From Lophium mytilinum (taxonomy: Eukaryota), in the NCBI GenBank assembly GCA_010093605.1, contig MU004194.1, positions 658,323-722,322 of the forward strand: 64,000 bases of DNA, read 5' to 3'. The translations under genes and the position numbers were made by a program. Of this stretch, positions 47,919 to 59,883 are shown one piece after another (positions within the stretch are counted from its first letter, which is position 1; each line of letters opens with the position of its first letter). Under the pieces are notes generated by a model. The model was not told the DNA's origin. It ran no database searches and saw only the letters and a program-made list of their open reading frames with translations.

Positions 47919-50900
47919 TGTTGATTATGATTAGGCACCACAATATAACCAAACAACCTCTCTGCAGAAACGAATGCAGCAGGGAGGATAAAGAGATAGA
48001 CGAGATAGACAAGAGGAGAGGAGCACTATGGATGAGAGTAAAAATCCAGCTGATGCAGGACATGCAGCGAGCTTAATACTCGCGTACTCAGCGGTCCTCG
48101 CCATGCCATGCCCAAAGCGGCGATTGCTCGCCCAATTCCTGCGGGACCCATGCATCTCAGACAGCGGAGGCCGCTAAGGCTCGAGTCTAAAATATTGGCT
48201 GTGAGGATTCTGCACCGCCAGGTCCGTCACGAACGGGTCGCCTGGACGCCGAGCGGACGGCACGACGGGGGTGTGGATGGGGTGAGCGCGCTGGGATCGC
48301 CAGATACAGCCTCGATGCCGGCTACGCGCGAATCATGATCAGAGCTACCCCGACGAAGCCTGCTTCAAGGCCCTAGGCTGGGTGCGGTCAGCAGGATACG
48401 AAGACCAAGGCGGGAAGGCTTCGGTGAGTTCGTGATAGCAGCCAGCCAGCGCGGTGAGCTCCAGCTGCGGAGAGCTGCGGTCTGGACATAGGGCTGTAGA
48501 TCCAAACAGAATCGAGACAGCACTGGGGTTATTAGCCAACGGCGAGCTGCCAACGCCACAAGGATTGCGGGAGGCCAGAGGCTGGATCGAGTCAGCGAGG
48601 CGCACCTTTGACATCTGCAGGCAGGTGTTGCAGGACGTTGACAGGGAGTGGCAGGCCGACAGGCGGGCACGTCGGCAGCAGAGTGGTCGAGCGTGGCCGT
48701 CAGTTGGTCGTCAGTGGTGTTTGGTGGTGAGAAGAAGCTCTGCGAGCCGCATCAGAGCTATTCCTGGACACAGACTACGCCCCAAAGCGGCCGCGGGGAA
48801 CAGGGTGCGGCAAGGATCGAAGCCGCCAGCGTAGCGTACCCGGCGGAGAGCCGATACACAGCGTCTTGGGGCTTGGGACGCCTCGCAGACATCGCTTGTT
48901 GCTGACAAGACTGACAAGACCCGTGGAGACCCACGGCCTCCTCGTCCGCAGCACCGCACTGGCGTGAGCAGCGGCACAACGGCGGCGGCCCTCATGACGT
49001 GAAGGCCCCCCAAGATCGCCCGACTAGAAACCCAGGCACCCCGTAAGGACCTGCGCAAGCAGATTACTGCACCCTGAAAGTCAGTCTGTGGCAGTGACGC
49101 ATTATTATTCATGGAAACTCGGCAGCGCGACTTGCACCCTCGGCCCTGTTGTAGCACTCCAGGAACCCGGAAGCGGGACTTATGAGAGGGCAGGCATCCG
49201 CGCCTCGGGACCGCATGCCATGTACCCGTATTCTCTTCCCAGCTTGCCGCCTGCCTGGCCATGGCATGGCAAATGGCCTGACATCACTGCGCAGGGCGGA
49301 CCTCTGGGAGGGGAGTCCGTCTTGTCGATTGCTTGTTTTCTCCTCGCTCGCCTGCGCCGCCTGGAGCCTGCTGCGAGTGATGGAGAGGCGCTGATCTGTT
49401 TTCGGGACTGCGTTGGGCCAAGTGCCCACCGGAAACTTATCGTCAAATCGCTGGGTAGGCGCCAACGCCACAAGGCGGAGCTGAGGCCTGCAGCAGCTCG
49501 AGAAATTCTGCAGTCCTGATTGGACGTTGGGAGCAGTGCAGGTTTTTGATCCAAGCAGGCTAGCTGGCTTGGGTCGGCTTCGCTAGGTGCATAAAATCAA
49601 TAGCTCTTGCATCGACTCTGGGGACGCCATGCACAGCGTGTCGTGGCGTCGAAGTGCCGAGCGTCGTCTGTGGGATCATTGTTCCTCCGGCAGAATTTAG
49701 AGTTGATGCCCCGGGGCCACGGTACGCAGCCTCGCGTGGTCATACAGCCTGAACACCACAGCAACTCAATCTCGCTTTGCAGTCCCAGCAATCGACTTCC
49801 AACTGAGATTGTGACACTGCTTCACAAAAAGCCGGTCTTGTTCCGGAGACTTTTCAGAAGCATGGGCTCCATCTGGAAAGCCGATTCCAGATTCGGTAGC
49901 AAAATGCTGAGGCGTTAGTAGTGCGTGAATCACGGCGTGCATTTGACAGACGCCGAACAGTGGTCTGCATCATAGACTTCTGTGGCCCAGTATCCACTTT
50001 GCGTTCCAGTCCAGGGAAGCCGCCACTTTGAAATCGTATGCCGAATATTTCTCCCGTGCTTTACGTACTATCGTAGCCTGGGAGGCTGCAAGTTGGCATA
50101 CGGTAGCAGATAGATGTACACATAGAAATGTCGAAGCGAAATATTTGAAGATGCAGCAGCCAGTGTAGCCAGAGCAGTCCCATTCGTGATCCTCGAAGTG
50201 CGGAATGCGAGCGTTACTGTGAAGTGAGTGTCGCGCACAAGCTACGCCGCAAGCTCGCCGTTCCTGCATGTCAACCATGGTTGAGGTCTCCGTTAAGAGC
50301 TGCCGTCCACCCAGGTACCAAACAACACGCAGCACACCACAGAGGTTGACGGTACCTGTCGAACGGCGGTGGAGCCGAGGGCATTCCCACGCGACATGGT
50401 GCCATGGAAAGAAATGACCCCAAAAGCTGTACCTGCAGCAAGTCCCGGACCCCCCCAGCCTCCTGTCGCACATGCATGACAACAGAAACGAGATAGAGAT
50501 GAGACATAGCAAGGGCATCAGAAGCCTATGGGACGCCTTGCTCCGCCTGCTCGAGGTTCAGAAAGTTCTAAAGAAAGCACCGGACCTTCTCCGGAACTCC
50601 CAACAGAAATTGGACATAAGGCAAGCAGCCGCAGCAACATCCACAGCAGAAGGTCAAGGCGTCATAAATCGTCCCGACTGTGGGTTTCCGTACATATAGG
50701 GCTGCAGCTGTCAATGTCGTGATGGCCGGGCTCCTCCTTCAGTTGTTGTGCGTTGCACATGTGAACACCGCTTTTTCTGACAGTCGGTTAATGGCAATAC
50801 ATTAGGGTTCTTGGGATTTCGTTTTCCCACCGTGCCTATAAGATGAAAGACGTTCCCGACATCAGTGGTGTGATGATCTGCAAAATCTCATCCTCCACCG

Positions 50901-51021
50901 CCTTGTCAGCTTGGTTAACGGTAAAGTAGCGATCGTCTCTCAACGACCCTAACCACGTGGAACGCCTCACCTAACGGTAATATACTGATCGCCCTTCATG
51001 CAAGTAACCATAGCCACATTT

Positions 51022-51135
51022 CAGTCCCCCCCCCTGCTCGGACTGGACACGACCGTGCGTAGAACAGGGGATTTTACATACAAAAACCCTTGTTTTGCGC
51101 ACGGTGGTGTCCAGTCCGAGCAGGGGGGGGGACTG
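51022..51135. mobile_element. 114-bp palindromic element (MITE-like or hairpin)
   Basis: 54-bp inverted arms (CAGTC9TGCTCGGACTGGACAC... / ...GTGTCCAGTCCGAGCAG9ACTG) around a 6-nt loop. No clear TSD. Confidence 0.6.
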
Positions 51136-52571
51136 TCATATCCGGCATGCATGCGAAACGTATGGCCTTGGCAACGGTTGTTGTCATATGAGTCGATCGT
51201 TCCCCACGTGAGGTTCAAGCAGTAGGGTTCCCTTTCGCTGAAACACAGCTTGGTCCCAGTCGCGGTCACAATGAACAACATCAATATCCGTGTCACCGGT
51301 AATTGCGACTTGCAGTCGCCGAGCGCACGGGAGAGGCTCTGCGTAGAAGAAACAACCGTTGAAGTGTGATGTGTGCTGTACGACACGAGAACAACATGGT
51401 GTACTTTGATGTACAGCCACCGAACACAAAGACTGGCATGTTAGCGTCCATGCTGTGAACGCAAGGCCATCGATACCCCGAGTTCTCAAGGCCTGCCTTC
51501 CAACCTAGAGCTGCCATGGAGTCGGACCTCCAAATACTCAAATCCGAACATCGTGCTGACTCACTGAAAAAGAATTGGGGACTCCATGAAGATCGCAAGG
51601 AAGAAAAGACTTTGCGAGAGATTAGCCTTGGGACCAAAACAGAAAGCACATGCTCGTGTGCGCAAAGACGTTGACAAACCAAGGAAAGGGACTCCACTCC
51701 ATCATTCGACCAAATACTCATCATCAGTCCTAGTGTATGGGTCCAAGAATCTTACCTCTTGTCACTCACGACATACTTACCTATCCCGTCGGAGATGCCG
51801 GCTGCAGTGAAATCCGCTCCGCATGGAAATATTGAAAGCTGCAGTCATCGCCGAGCATCAACAAGCGTACCATCTCTCCCCACGAATCATCCAATCAACC
51901 GCCACCATGTCAGCCCTACACCGGAAGATTTTCCACGATAGTTAGTATATGCACCTGTAAGCAAAGCCGACCGTTCCGTCGCTGCCTAGACGGAGTTTTC
52001 CTACAATTCCATCACGGAGGCAACCGAATGGAACAGTTGTATTTCTATTCTCGTAAGCTTGAACCCCCAGACTGCGATAATTGCCGCAGGAACTAGACCC
52101 CAATGGCGCGGATCAGGCGTCCCTTCAATGTTGGGGGCCGCTTCGGAAAATGAGGCACAGCCCTACGGATGACAAGAGGGTGTGGGGCTGCGCCATGTGA
52201 TCAGCTGCAGAACGTGGAAATTCTGCGAGAGGACGTGTCCTGGGGTGGTTGGATGGCGATGGGAGTGGAAAGGTTGCGTTTGGGGCGGAGCGGAGATTTG
52301 AGAATGTGGTCGAGTTGGGTTAGCGTGCACGTGATCGTAAACTCCTATTCACATCGATGCAATTCGCGTGCACGTTTGAAAGTTCTATGAAGGGATAGCA
52401 TTTGTTTCATCTATAGTCGTACACACAATATCATTTCATCGTTAGGGAATGAACATCCGTCCAGGCCCGGCCGTGCCATAAAGGTAGTCCCATCGCTTCA
52501 ATGGTTCGCAAACACTCTGCCACTTGGACGCGTTGGAAAGATTTCCTCGTCTTTCCTATCATGGTGCACGT

Positions 52572-53513
52572 CTACCAAGGAAGCTGAAGCGGGATAGGCA
52601 GCCTGTCTTTCGGTCCCAAAACAGCCTCTGCGGATCCGATGTCACTGCTCTCAAGTTAGCCATGTGGAACGAGTGAGATAGGAAACAGGTTCACATACGC
52701 AGCTCCTCTGGGGGCCCAGAACTCTCCCGTATGCTCTATACCAAAGGTCTTGATCCACTTGACTAGCGATTCTGCTGCAACATCAGGTGTCACAGCTCCA
52801 CCAGAATCCCAGAACTTGTCGAACCCCACCCCTTTCGTCATGTCCGTTCTCATAAATCCAGGGTGCACAATGCCCACCGCAACCCCTCTATCTTTCAGAT
52901 CCACACTCAACAACTTCCCGCTCATGTTCAGGGCAGCCTTGGACGCGTGATGGCCGTAGTTCCCTCCGCCATCATAGACCAATTTGATGCTTCCGCCCTC
53001 GCTGGACACAAGTATGACCTTTGCACCCTGTGAGAGGAGTGGCTTTGAGGTCGAGGATGGCGTGTAGTTTCCAAGCGCAGACACCAAAAGGGTAGGCCCG
53101 ATGGCGCACGTTTTGTACATGGCCAGCTGCTTGTCGAAGGAGGGCTCCTCGAAGGTTTCCGTTACGAAGTAACCTGCAGTTATGACAATGATGTCAAGGG
53201 AGGTTATGGAGTGGGCTTCGAGGTATTTGATGAGGTTTGGACCAGCATCGGGGGTGGAGAGGTCGATGGAGGGGATGTAAGAGAGGTTCTTGTCTAAATG
53301 AAAATTGCTTTAGTATTCGCTCCTGAAAGATAGACTAAAGCTGTAAAAGGCTCAACTGAGTATTTGGGGAACGAAAGAAGCTCATCGCGTACCGTCAGAT
53401 GGGGGATTCGAGCTCCGAGCTGTAGCATAGACCTGATGGCCGATTGAGGTGTACTGTTTAGCTACGGCAGCCCCGAGGCCACGCGTGGCTCCAACTATCA
53501 GGACGTTGGGCAT
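52572..53513 (-). CDS. Short-chain dehydrogenase, CsgA/C-factor-like (3 exons)
   Basis: MPNVLIVGATRGLG, VSSEGGSI, YGHHASKAALNM and HPGFMRTDMT. Last exon DIGSAEAVLG..PLQLPW*. Confidence 0.88.
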
Positions 53514-54010
53514 TTTGAAGGTGTCAATTGGGCGGGTTGTGAGAGTCTAATTGGAGGAGGGCATGTTGATATGGGTAGGAAGCACGAAATTATACGAGCG
53601 ATGACGCGAAGCTTGACGCAGCTTGACGCAGCTGCACTTATCGATAACAGCTATCCCTTGCTCCTTCTCACATCCCTCTTTCATGAACTTCATCAAAGAA
53701 ACCTCTTGTACAATAGAGCTTCTATCCTGTGCTCAAGGTAACTGCAAAGATGTGGTTTACTGATGAATACAGCCCACGGGCTGCGGCCCCGCACTACTTT
53801 ATCCGCTGATGACGTTCACGAACCCATCCCTGAACCATCTCCACGCCTTTCATCCATCACAATAACTACAATGCCTTCCTTCTTACTTCAACAAAAGCCC
53901 CTCGTGGCTCCGACTTCCGGCAGGTTGAAAGCAGTCACTGTTTGCGTCCACATGAGATGACCCGTTCCTCACATTCAGCACTCATCAAGCCAAACTACCG
54001 CCCAAAACCG

Positions 54011-54895
54011 ATGCCCTCCCCATTCACCCGTCGCATCCGTCCAGCTCCCATCTTGACCATCTCAAGCCTCATGGCCATCCCCGTGGCTCTCACCGCCATG
54101 TCTAGCTCTACTCCCAAAGCAGCCTCCACCTCCACCTCTACATACCCCACAATCCAATACAAACCCCGCCACACCACCTGGCCCTACACCCCCGCCGACT
54201 TCCTCCGACAAGACCTCACACCCGACACCTCCTTCTACGCCTCCCCGCGCTTCGTAACCCACATCGACGACCACGCCATCGCCGCTCTGAAACGCTACTA
54301 CGCCGCCGTCCTCCCCCGCCGCGGCCGCATCCTGGACTTCTGCTCGAGCTGGATCAGCCACTACCCTCCGTCCCTAGAATCGGCGGTAGAGAGCGGAGAG
54401 CTAGTGGTGGTAGGGCTGGGCCTGAATGCGCGCGAGCTAGACGCGAATCCTGTTCTAGGCAAACCGGGTGCGCCGGGGCGGATAGTGAGAGATCTGAACG
54501 AGGACCCAGACGTATCGGTCGCGGTCAATAGCGGGGAGCTGTTCGACGCCGCGACGTGTGTCGTGAGTATTGACTATCTCACGCGGCCGGTGGAGGTGCT
54601 GCGGAGTCTGGCGGGGGTGGTGAGGCCGGGTGGGCGGGTGCATTTGGTGGTTAGCAATCGGTGTTTTCCGACGAAGGCGGTGCGGAGGTGGTTGAGGATT
54701 GATGAGGATGAGAGGCTGATGATGGTGGGGGATTATCTGTATTTTGCGGAGTGGACGGATATCGAGATTGTGGATTTGAGTGGAGGCGAGGAAGAGGAGG
54801 AGAGTGCGTCGGGGGTTGCTGGATTGATGAGATGGGCGGGAATGGGAGGGCATGACCCGCTTTGGGTTGTTAGAGGGGTTAAGAAGGTGGATTAG
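54011..54895 (+). CDS. Class I SAM-dependent methyltransferase (start uncertain)
   Basis: FYASPRFVTHIDD, ILDFCSSWISH, GLGLNARELDAN, CVVSIDYLTRP, SNRCFPTK and DPLWVV. Confidence 0.85.
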   Translation: MPSPFTRRIRPAPILTISSLMAIPVALTAMSSSTPKAASTSTSTYPTIQYKPRHTTWPYTPADFLRQDLTPDTSFYASPRFVTHIDDHAIAALKRYYAAVLPRRGRILDFCSSWISHYPPSLESAVESGELVVVGLGLNARELDANPVLGKPGAPGRIVRDLNEDPDVSVAVNSGELFDAATCVVSIDYLTRPVEVLRSLAGVVRPGGRVHLVVSNRCFPTKAVRRWLRIDEDERLMMVGDYLYFAEWTDIEIVDLSGGEEEEESASGVAGLMRWAGMGGHDPLWVVRGVKKVD

Positions 54896-55252
54896 GAGAA
54901 GATGGGATGAAACTCGGAATGCGCCGCCTGGAGAGCTTCGATATAATACCTTCGGAATCAAGGAGCTGGAGTTGACGCTGAGAGCTCATGCCGGCTCCCA
55001 GCGTGTTGGATAGACGGTTTTAGAGGCGGATCACTCACACCTCCTAGAGAGAGGTACTTTGATGTGATATCTTTGACCCCAGATACCCAGGACAAGATTT
55101 ATCGTTCGTAGTAGCTATGTAAATAGGCATTTGTTAATTGTAATATACAGCTTCCGCAAACGCCTAGACCTCCCGTTGACGCATGTGATAGAGAAAGTCG
55201 AAGCAAAGCATGTCAAAAGAAAGCTGAAGCAAAGAGTGTCAGCATGACACGT

Positions 55253-56412
55253 TTAGTGCAGTGTCCTCAGTCCCTCCTCGATGGCAACCCCAAGGGCACC
55301 GCATCCGAGCACAGTCCAAAGCCATTGGTTGCTCAATTCCTTCGCAGCGGGCCAGAACGAGTTCTTCTCGGTGCGGAATTGCTCCAGCTGTTTCAGCTTC
55401 TCGGGGTCCGATACGGAGTATCGACGCGTCTGGCCGGCTTCGTTCTCCTTGTCTCCTCCAAAGTAGCGCAGGAAGAGGTAGTTGGCAAGAGGGCCGAGGA
55501 GCTCAACGGGTGCAAGCATATCAGAGCCATAGAGAAGTACGATGAAGGAGAGGTGGACGAAGGTGTCACCGAGGTAGCTAGATTAGTTAGCTTTGTATCA
55601 CATCAAACGACAGTGTGTCAGGCAGGCACTCACTTCGGGTGGCGGACAATGCTCCAAACGCCCTCCTTAGTCAGACCGCCCTTGCCTTCTTTCTTGTGCT
55701 GGTCCAGTTGATAATCGGCGATAGTCTCAAGCGCAAGTCCGGCAGAGAAGATGCCCACGGCGGCCATCTGGACATACGGGTGATAGCCCATCAACACGGC
55801 ACCCTCGTGTCGGAAGGGCGCGGTGAAGGGCAAGCTGATGATACTTTGGATGAGAGCTTCAGGGAGGAAAGTTGTGAGGAGAGATTTGGCCCAGAAGTCG
55901 TCCTCTTTCTTGACTTCATCGTACCTCGGATCATCCTTGCCACGCTTGATGGAGCGAGAGGCAACGCGGTAGAAGAGTCGGCCGCCCCAAAGTGTGACGC
56001 CGGTCAGCACGAGACGTTCGTGCCAGGACAATCGATTCAGAGCTTGGGAAAGGGTCAATCCGGCGTACACACGGCGTCCAACGGCAGACCACCACGCATT
56101 GGCGACCTGTCCGCTGGGCCAAATCCAGTCTTTGGCTTCAACGCGGTTTGTGTACCGGGCAGCTCCCCAGGCAATGACAGCGAAGCCGGAGTGCAAAGCT
56201 AGAGATGGGGCGAGGGTGTCTTTGAAGATACCAACGTCGAAGAGCGAGGCAGACTCGACGTGGGTCTTGGAGTGAAAGGAGTCCTGGGTAGTAGTGTTGT
56301 GCTGGTTCTGGTTGAGGTAGAATTGATGCGGTTCGCGGTCCGCTACTTGGACCTCCACAGCAGGGACTTTGCCCTCTTTGATGCCGGCGCGATCAAACCA
56401 TCCAGACGCCAT
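55253..56412 (-). CDS. DUF1295 / steroid 5-alpha-reductase-like membrane protein (2 exons)
   Basis: WGGRL, DDPRY, ETIADYQL and GVWSIVRHP|NYLGD, with an intron at ~55633-55579. Confidence 0.88.
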
Positions 56413-57436
56413 GGTTGAAGCTTTGAAGGTGAGGAGAAAAAGGGAAGAAGCGCGGGTCAAGGAAGGGCGGCAAGGCGTGTTTATTCGACATCAGCTTCCC
56501 CGCAAACTGAAGCGGCACAATGATGTAACCACCAGGTAACGCGGGGTGCAGTCGCCTGATTGGTTTCATTGTTATTTTTTCATTATTAGTGCTGCTGTTT
56601 ACAGTTTCCCATTCCTACTGTTGCTGATGGCATATTTGAGGTGTGCACTGTATCCTCTCGAGCACGTCGAGAGTGAAGCGCAAGGGTGGAGTGAGGGGGA
56701 GGATTTAGGACGGTGGTCTGTGCGCAAGCTCAACCTCACGCCAAGCATCGCGAGCTTCCATCCCATCTCTCCTCCACCAATATGCCTCCCGTAGCTCTTA
56801 AGGTAAGCGCATTCTCTTTCACCAATATACAGACGGCTAACTCAGTGCGTGAAGAAATCAGATGCATGAATACAACTGTTTTGCACCTCAGGGGACCCTT
56901 AGCGCGTTATCATGAGTGACAACCGACATATGCTGCAAATCCTATCTGCCATGCCGTGCGAAGTATCGTCCTTCGGTCTCACGTTCTCTTCTCATTTCTC
57001 TGTCAATGCAGAAGACCGACCAGCAGCGTCTATGACGCATCTCGGGGGGCTTGGAAGTTGCGCCCCAGGTTGAGGCGCATCTTTTCATCTCATCTCATCT
57101 GCCCTACCTACAGACTCTCCACAATGTTAGCCAAGGGGCTGCCCAAGATTATGCGCTATTTTCTAGACGTGAATAGTCACTTCTACTGTGCGCTGTTCTA
57201 TTGTTGCCCGCGCTCAGAACATCAATTCACCTGCAGCGGTGGCCCGCGCTTCTTCCAGCCATCGATTAAAACTTCTTAAGACCGCCGCGGCTGAGATTTT
57301 CCTACAAGTACCCACCGCCCACTGTCACAGCACCTCACACCTCGCACTCTCTATACACCTCCAAATTGGCCCCATCTCCCATTTCATTTCCAGCAAAATT
57401 CACTCCTCCGCACCTGAACAGCGACATCGCGACACC

Positions 57437-59082
57437 ATGGCGGATCGTCCCAAGCGCGTTGTACAAAAGCCGCAGCGCTATATCGACGAGATTTCGAAGG
57501 ATCGTGGCTCTGCGACTCCAAAGCCGGTCAAGCAGACCAAGAGAAAGAGAGGACCTACAAAGGTACGTTCCTCTGGTATTCCTTTCCCACGAGAAACAAG
57601 GCGCTAACTATATTCCAGGGCATTCAGCACCCGAAGAACCTGCAATCCCTTGGCTCTGCGCCTTTGGGCCAAGCCCTGCTCACCACTGCCGACGAACCCG
57701 AAGCCAAACGACCTCGCCGTAGCGGAACCAAGGATGCTAGCGAGACCAAGAAGAAGAACCCGACCGCGAAGCCACGTAAAGCTAGCTTGTCGACCGCCAA
57801 AGAGACGGGCCGCTTGAGTCTCATTGTCAAGTTGAAAGTCCCTAGTCTTAAAGCCGCAAAGCCAACAGGCGAGTCGAGCGTGAGCGGTGAGCCCAAAGTC
57901 ACCGGAGACGACGATTCACGTGTCAGCAATACCGGTCGCGAAGGTTCTTCAGCGGTTGCAAACCACGGCAAACTCGCCGCAAAGCTCACTGGCTTGCGCC
58001 GCGATTCCGTACAGTCTCTGAAGCCGCTTCGTCTTGGCCATACCGACGCCGTTCCCTATGCCGCTACCGGCGTCAAACCTCCCAGGGACACAGTGTCCCC
58101 GCATCCGTCTTCCGCCAGCAACTACGCCCCCAAATACAACCCCGAGAGCTTCGATCCGACCGTTACGCCTCGCCAGAAAGAGCCGCCCTCGTTTATTTCT
58201 ACTCATGTCGACGCTATCCTTGAGCCTACTACACCTGTCCAGCTTAGCAGCCGCGAAGATTACGACACGGACCAGGACACTCCTGTCTCGTCCGTCGAAA
58301 AAGAACACCATGACATCATCCTCCTTGACGACGCCTACACCCCCGATGAGGATCGCGGCGAAACACCCATCGGAAGCCTACCCAGGGCCACCGACTCACC
58401 GTACCTGTTCGATGAGACCGACTTTGCCGAGGACGAATCTCACGGCCTCAAGCTCTCTGGCAACAGCCCCACCCGCGCCCGCAATACCCTCATCCTGAAT
58501 CTCAGGGCCGAACGCGATCTGATCAACATTCAGCGCAAGAAGATCGAGCGAGACATGGAGGTCAGGGAATTCATTCGCCAGAATCCGAAGTGGGACCGCT
58601 GGGGATTCTACGAGAACCAGAAGGAGATGGAGAAGAAGGGCGCCGTCGGAGCCGCGGATGGTCCGAAGTGGGATGTGAATTCGAAAGAATACAAGTCGAT
58701 CTATGATGTGAACCCAGGAACATATGACATGTCCGTCACGTTCATGGATAGACCACGCGACTTGACTATCATTCGCCGCGAGCTGTCATACGCCAAGGTA
58801 CGATATAGGTACAACTGGGCCTACCTTGCCAAGTCCTTCAGAGATGAGCTGCCTATCGTCACTATCGGGTTTGAGGCGGAGATTGTGGATATGATTGAGG
58901 CAGTGGGTTTCCCCAAGAAGCTGTGCGATGATGTAGATGGAGATGTCGAGGTCGTCGAAGATTCCAGTTCGGATGATGACGATGAAGAGGAGGACAGCTC
59001 AAGCCCAATTCCTATGGACCTTGACGGCGAGTCCGACGAACCTTATGTCTTCAAGTACTGGGCTGAAGATGATGAGGAGTGA
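57437..59082 (+). CDS. Hypothetical protein, basic N-terminus and acidic C-terminus (2 exons)
   Basis: Exon 1 57437-57562 MADRPKRVVQKPQRY. Intron GTACGT..CTAAC..CAG 57563-57618 joins in frame to the 472-aa ORF. Contains LIVKLKV. Confidence 0.7.
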
Positions 59083-59200
59083 GCATATGCGGAGGAACGA
59101 CGACGTCAAAAGCTGAAGCGAAATGTCGGGTCTATATAAGCATGGCTGTTGAGAAATGGCGGATGTTAGGCTTCGAGGATTCAGCTTGATATTACTTCTG

Positions 59201-59286
59201 TTGCTGCTCAGTATGGTTGTCATGACTACTAGCAGCCTGATATTCCTTTCATTGCTGCTCAGTATGATTATCATGACTACTAGCAG
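59201..59286. repeat. Tandem duplication, 51-bp period
   Basis: TTGCTGCTCAGTATG.TT.TCATGACTACTAGCAG at 59201 and 59252. Confidence 0.8.
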
Positions 59287-59883
59287 TATTCTATAACATG
59301 ATGCGAACAAAATTGAACGACCAGCTTATCCCATCTCTGCAAATGTGCTGTAGCAAATGCTTAATCGGTGACACCAATTGCCTAAGGACCTCCTCAAGTT
59401 GCCTACCGGTACACTAGCAGGAGTAACGTGCCTTGTCACAGCTATCCATACACTTGCCTGCTACTGTGTGAGGGGCTTCAACGTACTAAAAGAAACCTGG
59501 GACAGCGCGTACACTTCTATTCCGCGTACGCCAACCTAGCACCGTCCAGAGTTCCCTCGTAAATTTGAAAAGTGTCCAAATTGCTGAAACGCTCTCTCAG
59601 ATGGAATTTTGAAACTGCTATGAGGCTCCTCATGCAGCGGCGAACGAGTGTATGACCATCGGTGACGAGGCATCGTAGGCGCTTTTCGCCCACTGGACGG
59701 AGACAATGGGTGTTGTAGGAAGACTTCCACAAACACTTCTGATCCGAGGACACGACAGTATCATATGGTAATTTGACATTGCGTATATTGAAGTAGTCAA
59801 CGTGTGCATCCCCACCAAACACTCATATCGTGAACTCATGACGCACTTGCAACTCGGTGACTCGAACGATGAAATTGACCGCC

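Noticed and set aside
47931..52400. Many overlapping 60-180 aa ORFs upstream of the laccase
   Set aside because: No recognisable motifs or consistent gene structure; these look like chance ORFs in a GC-rich regulatory region.
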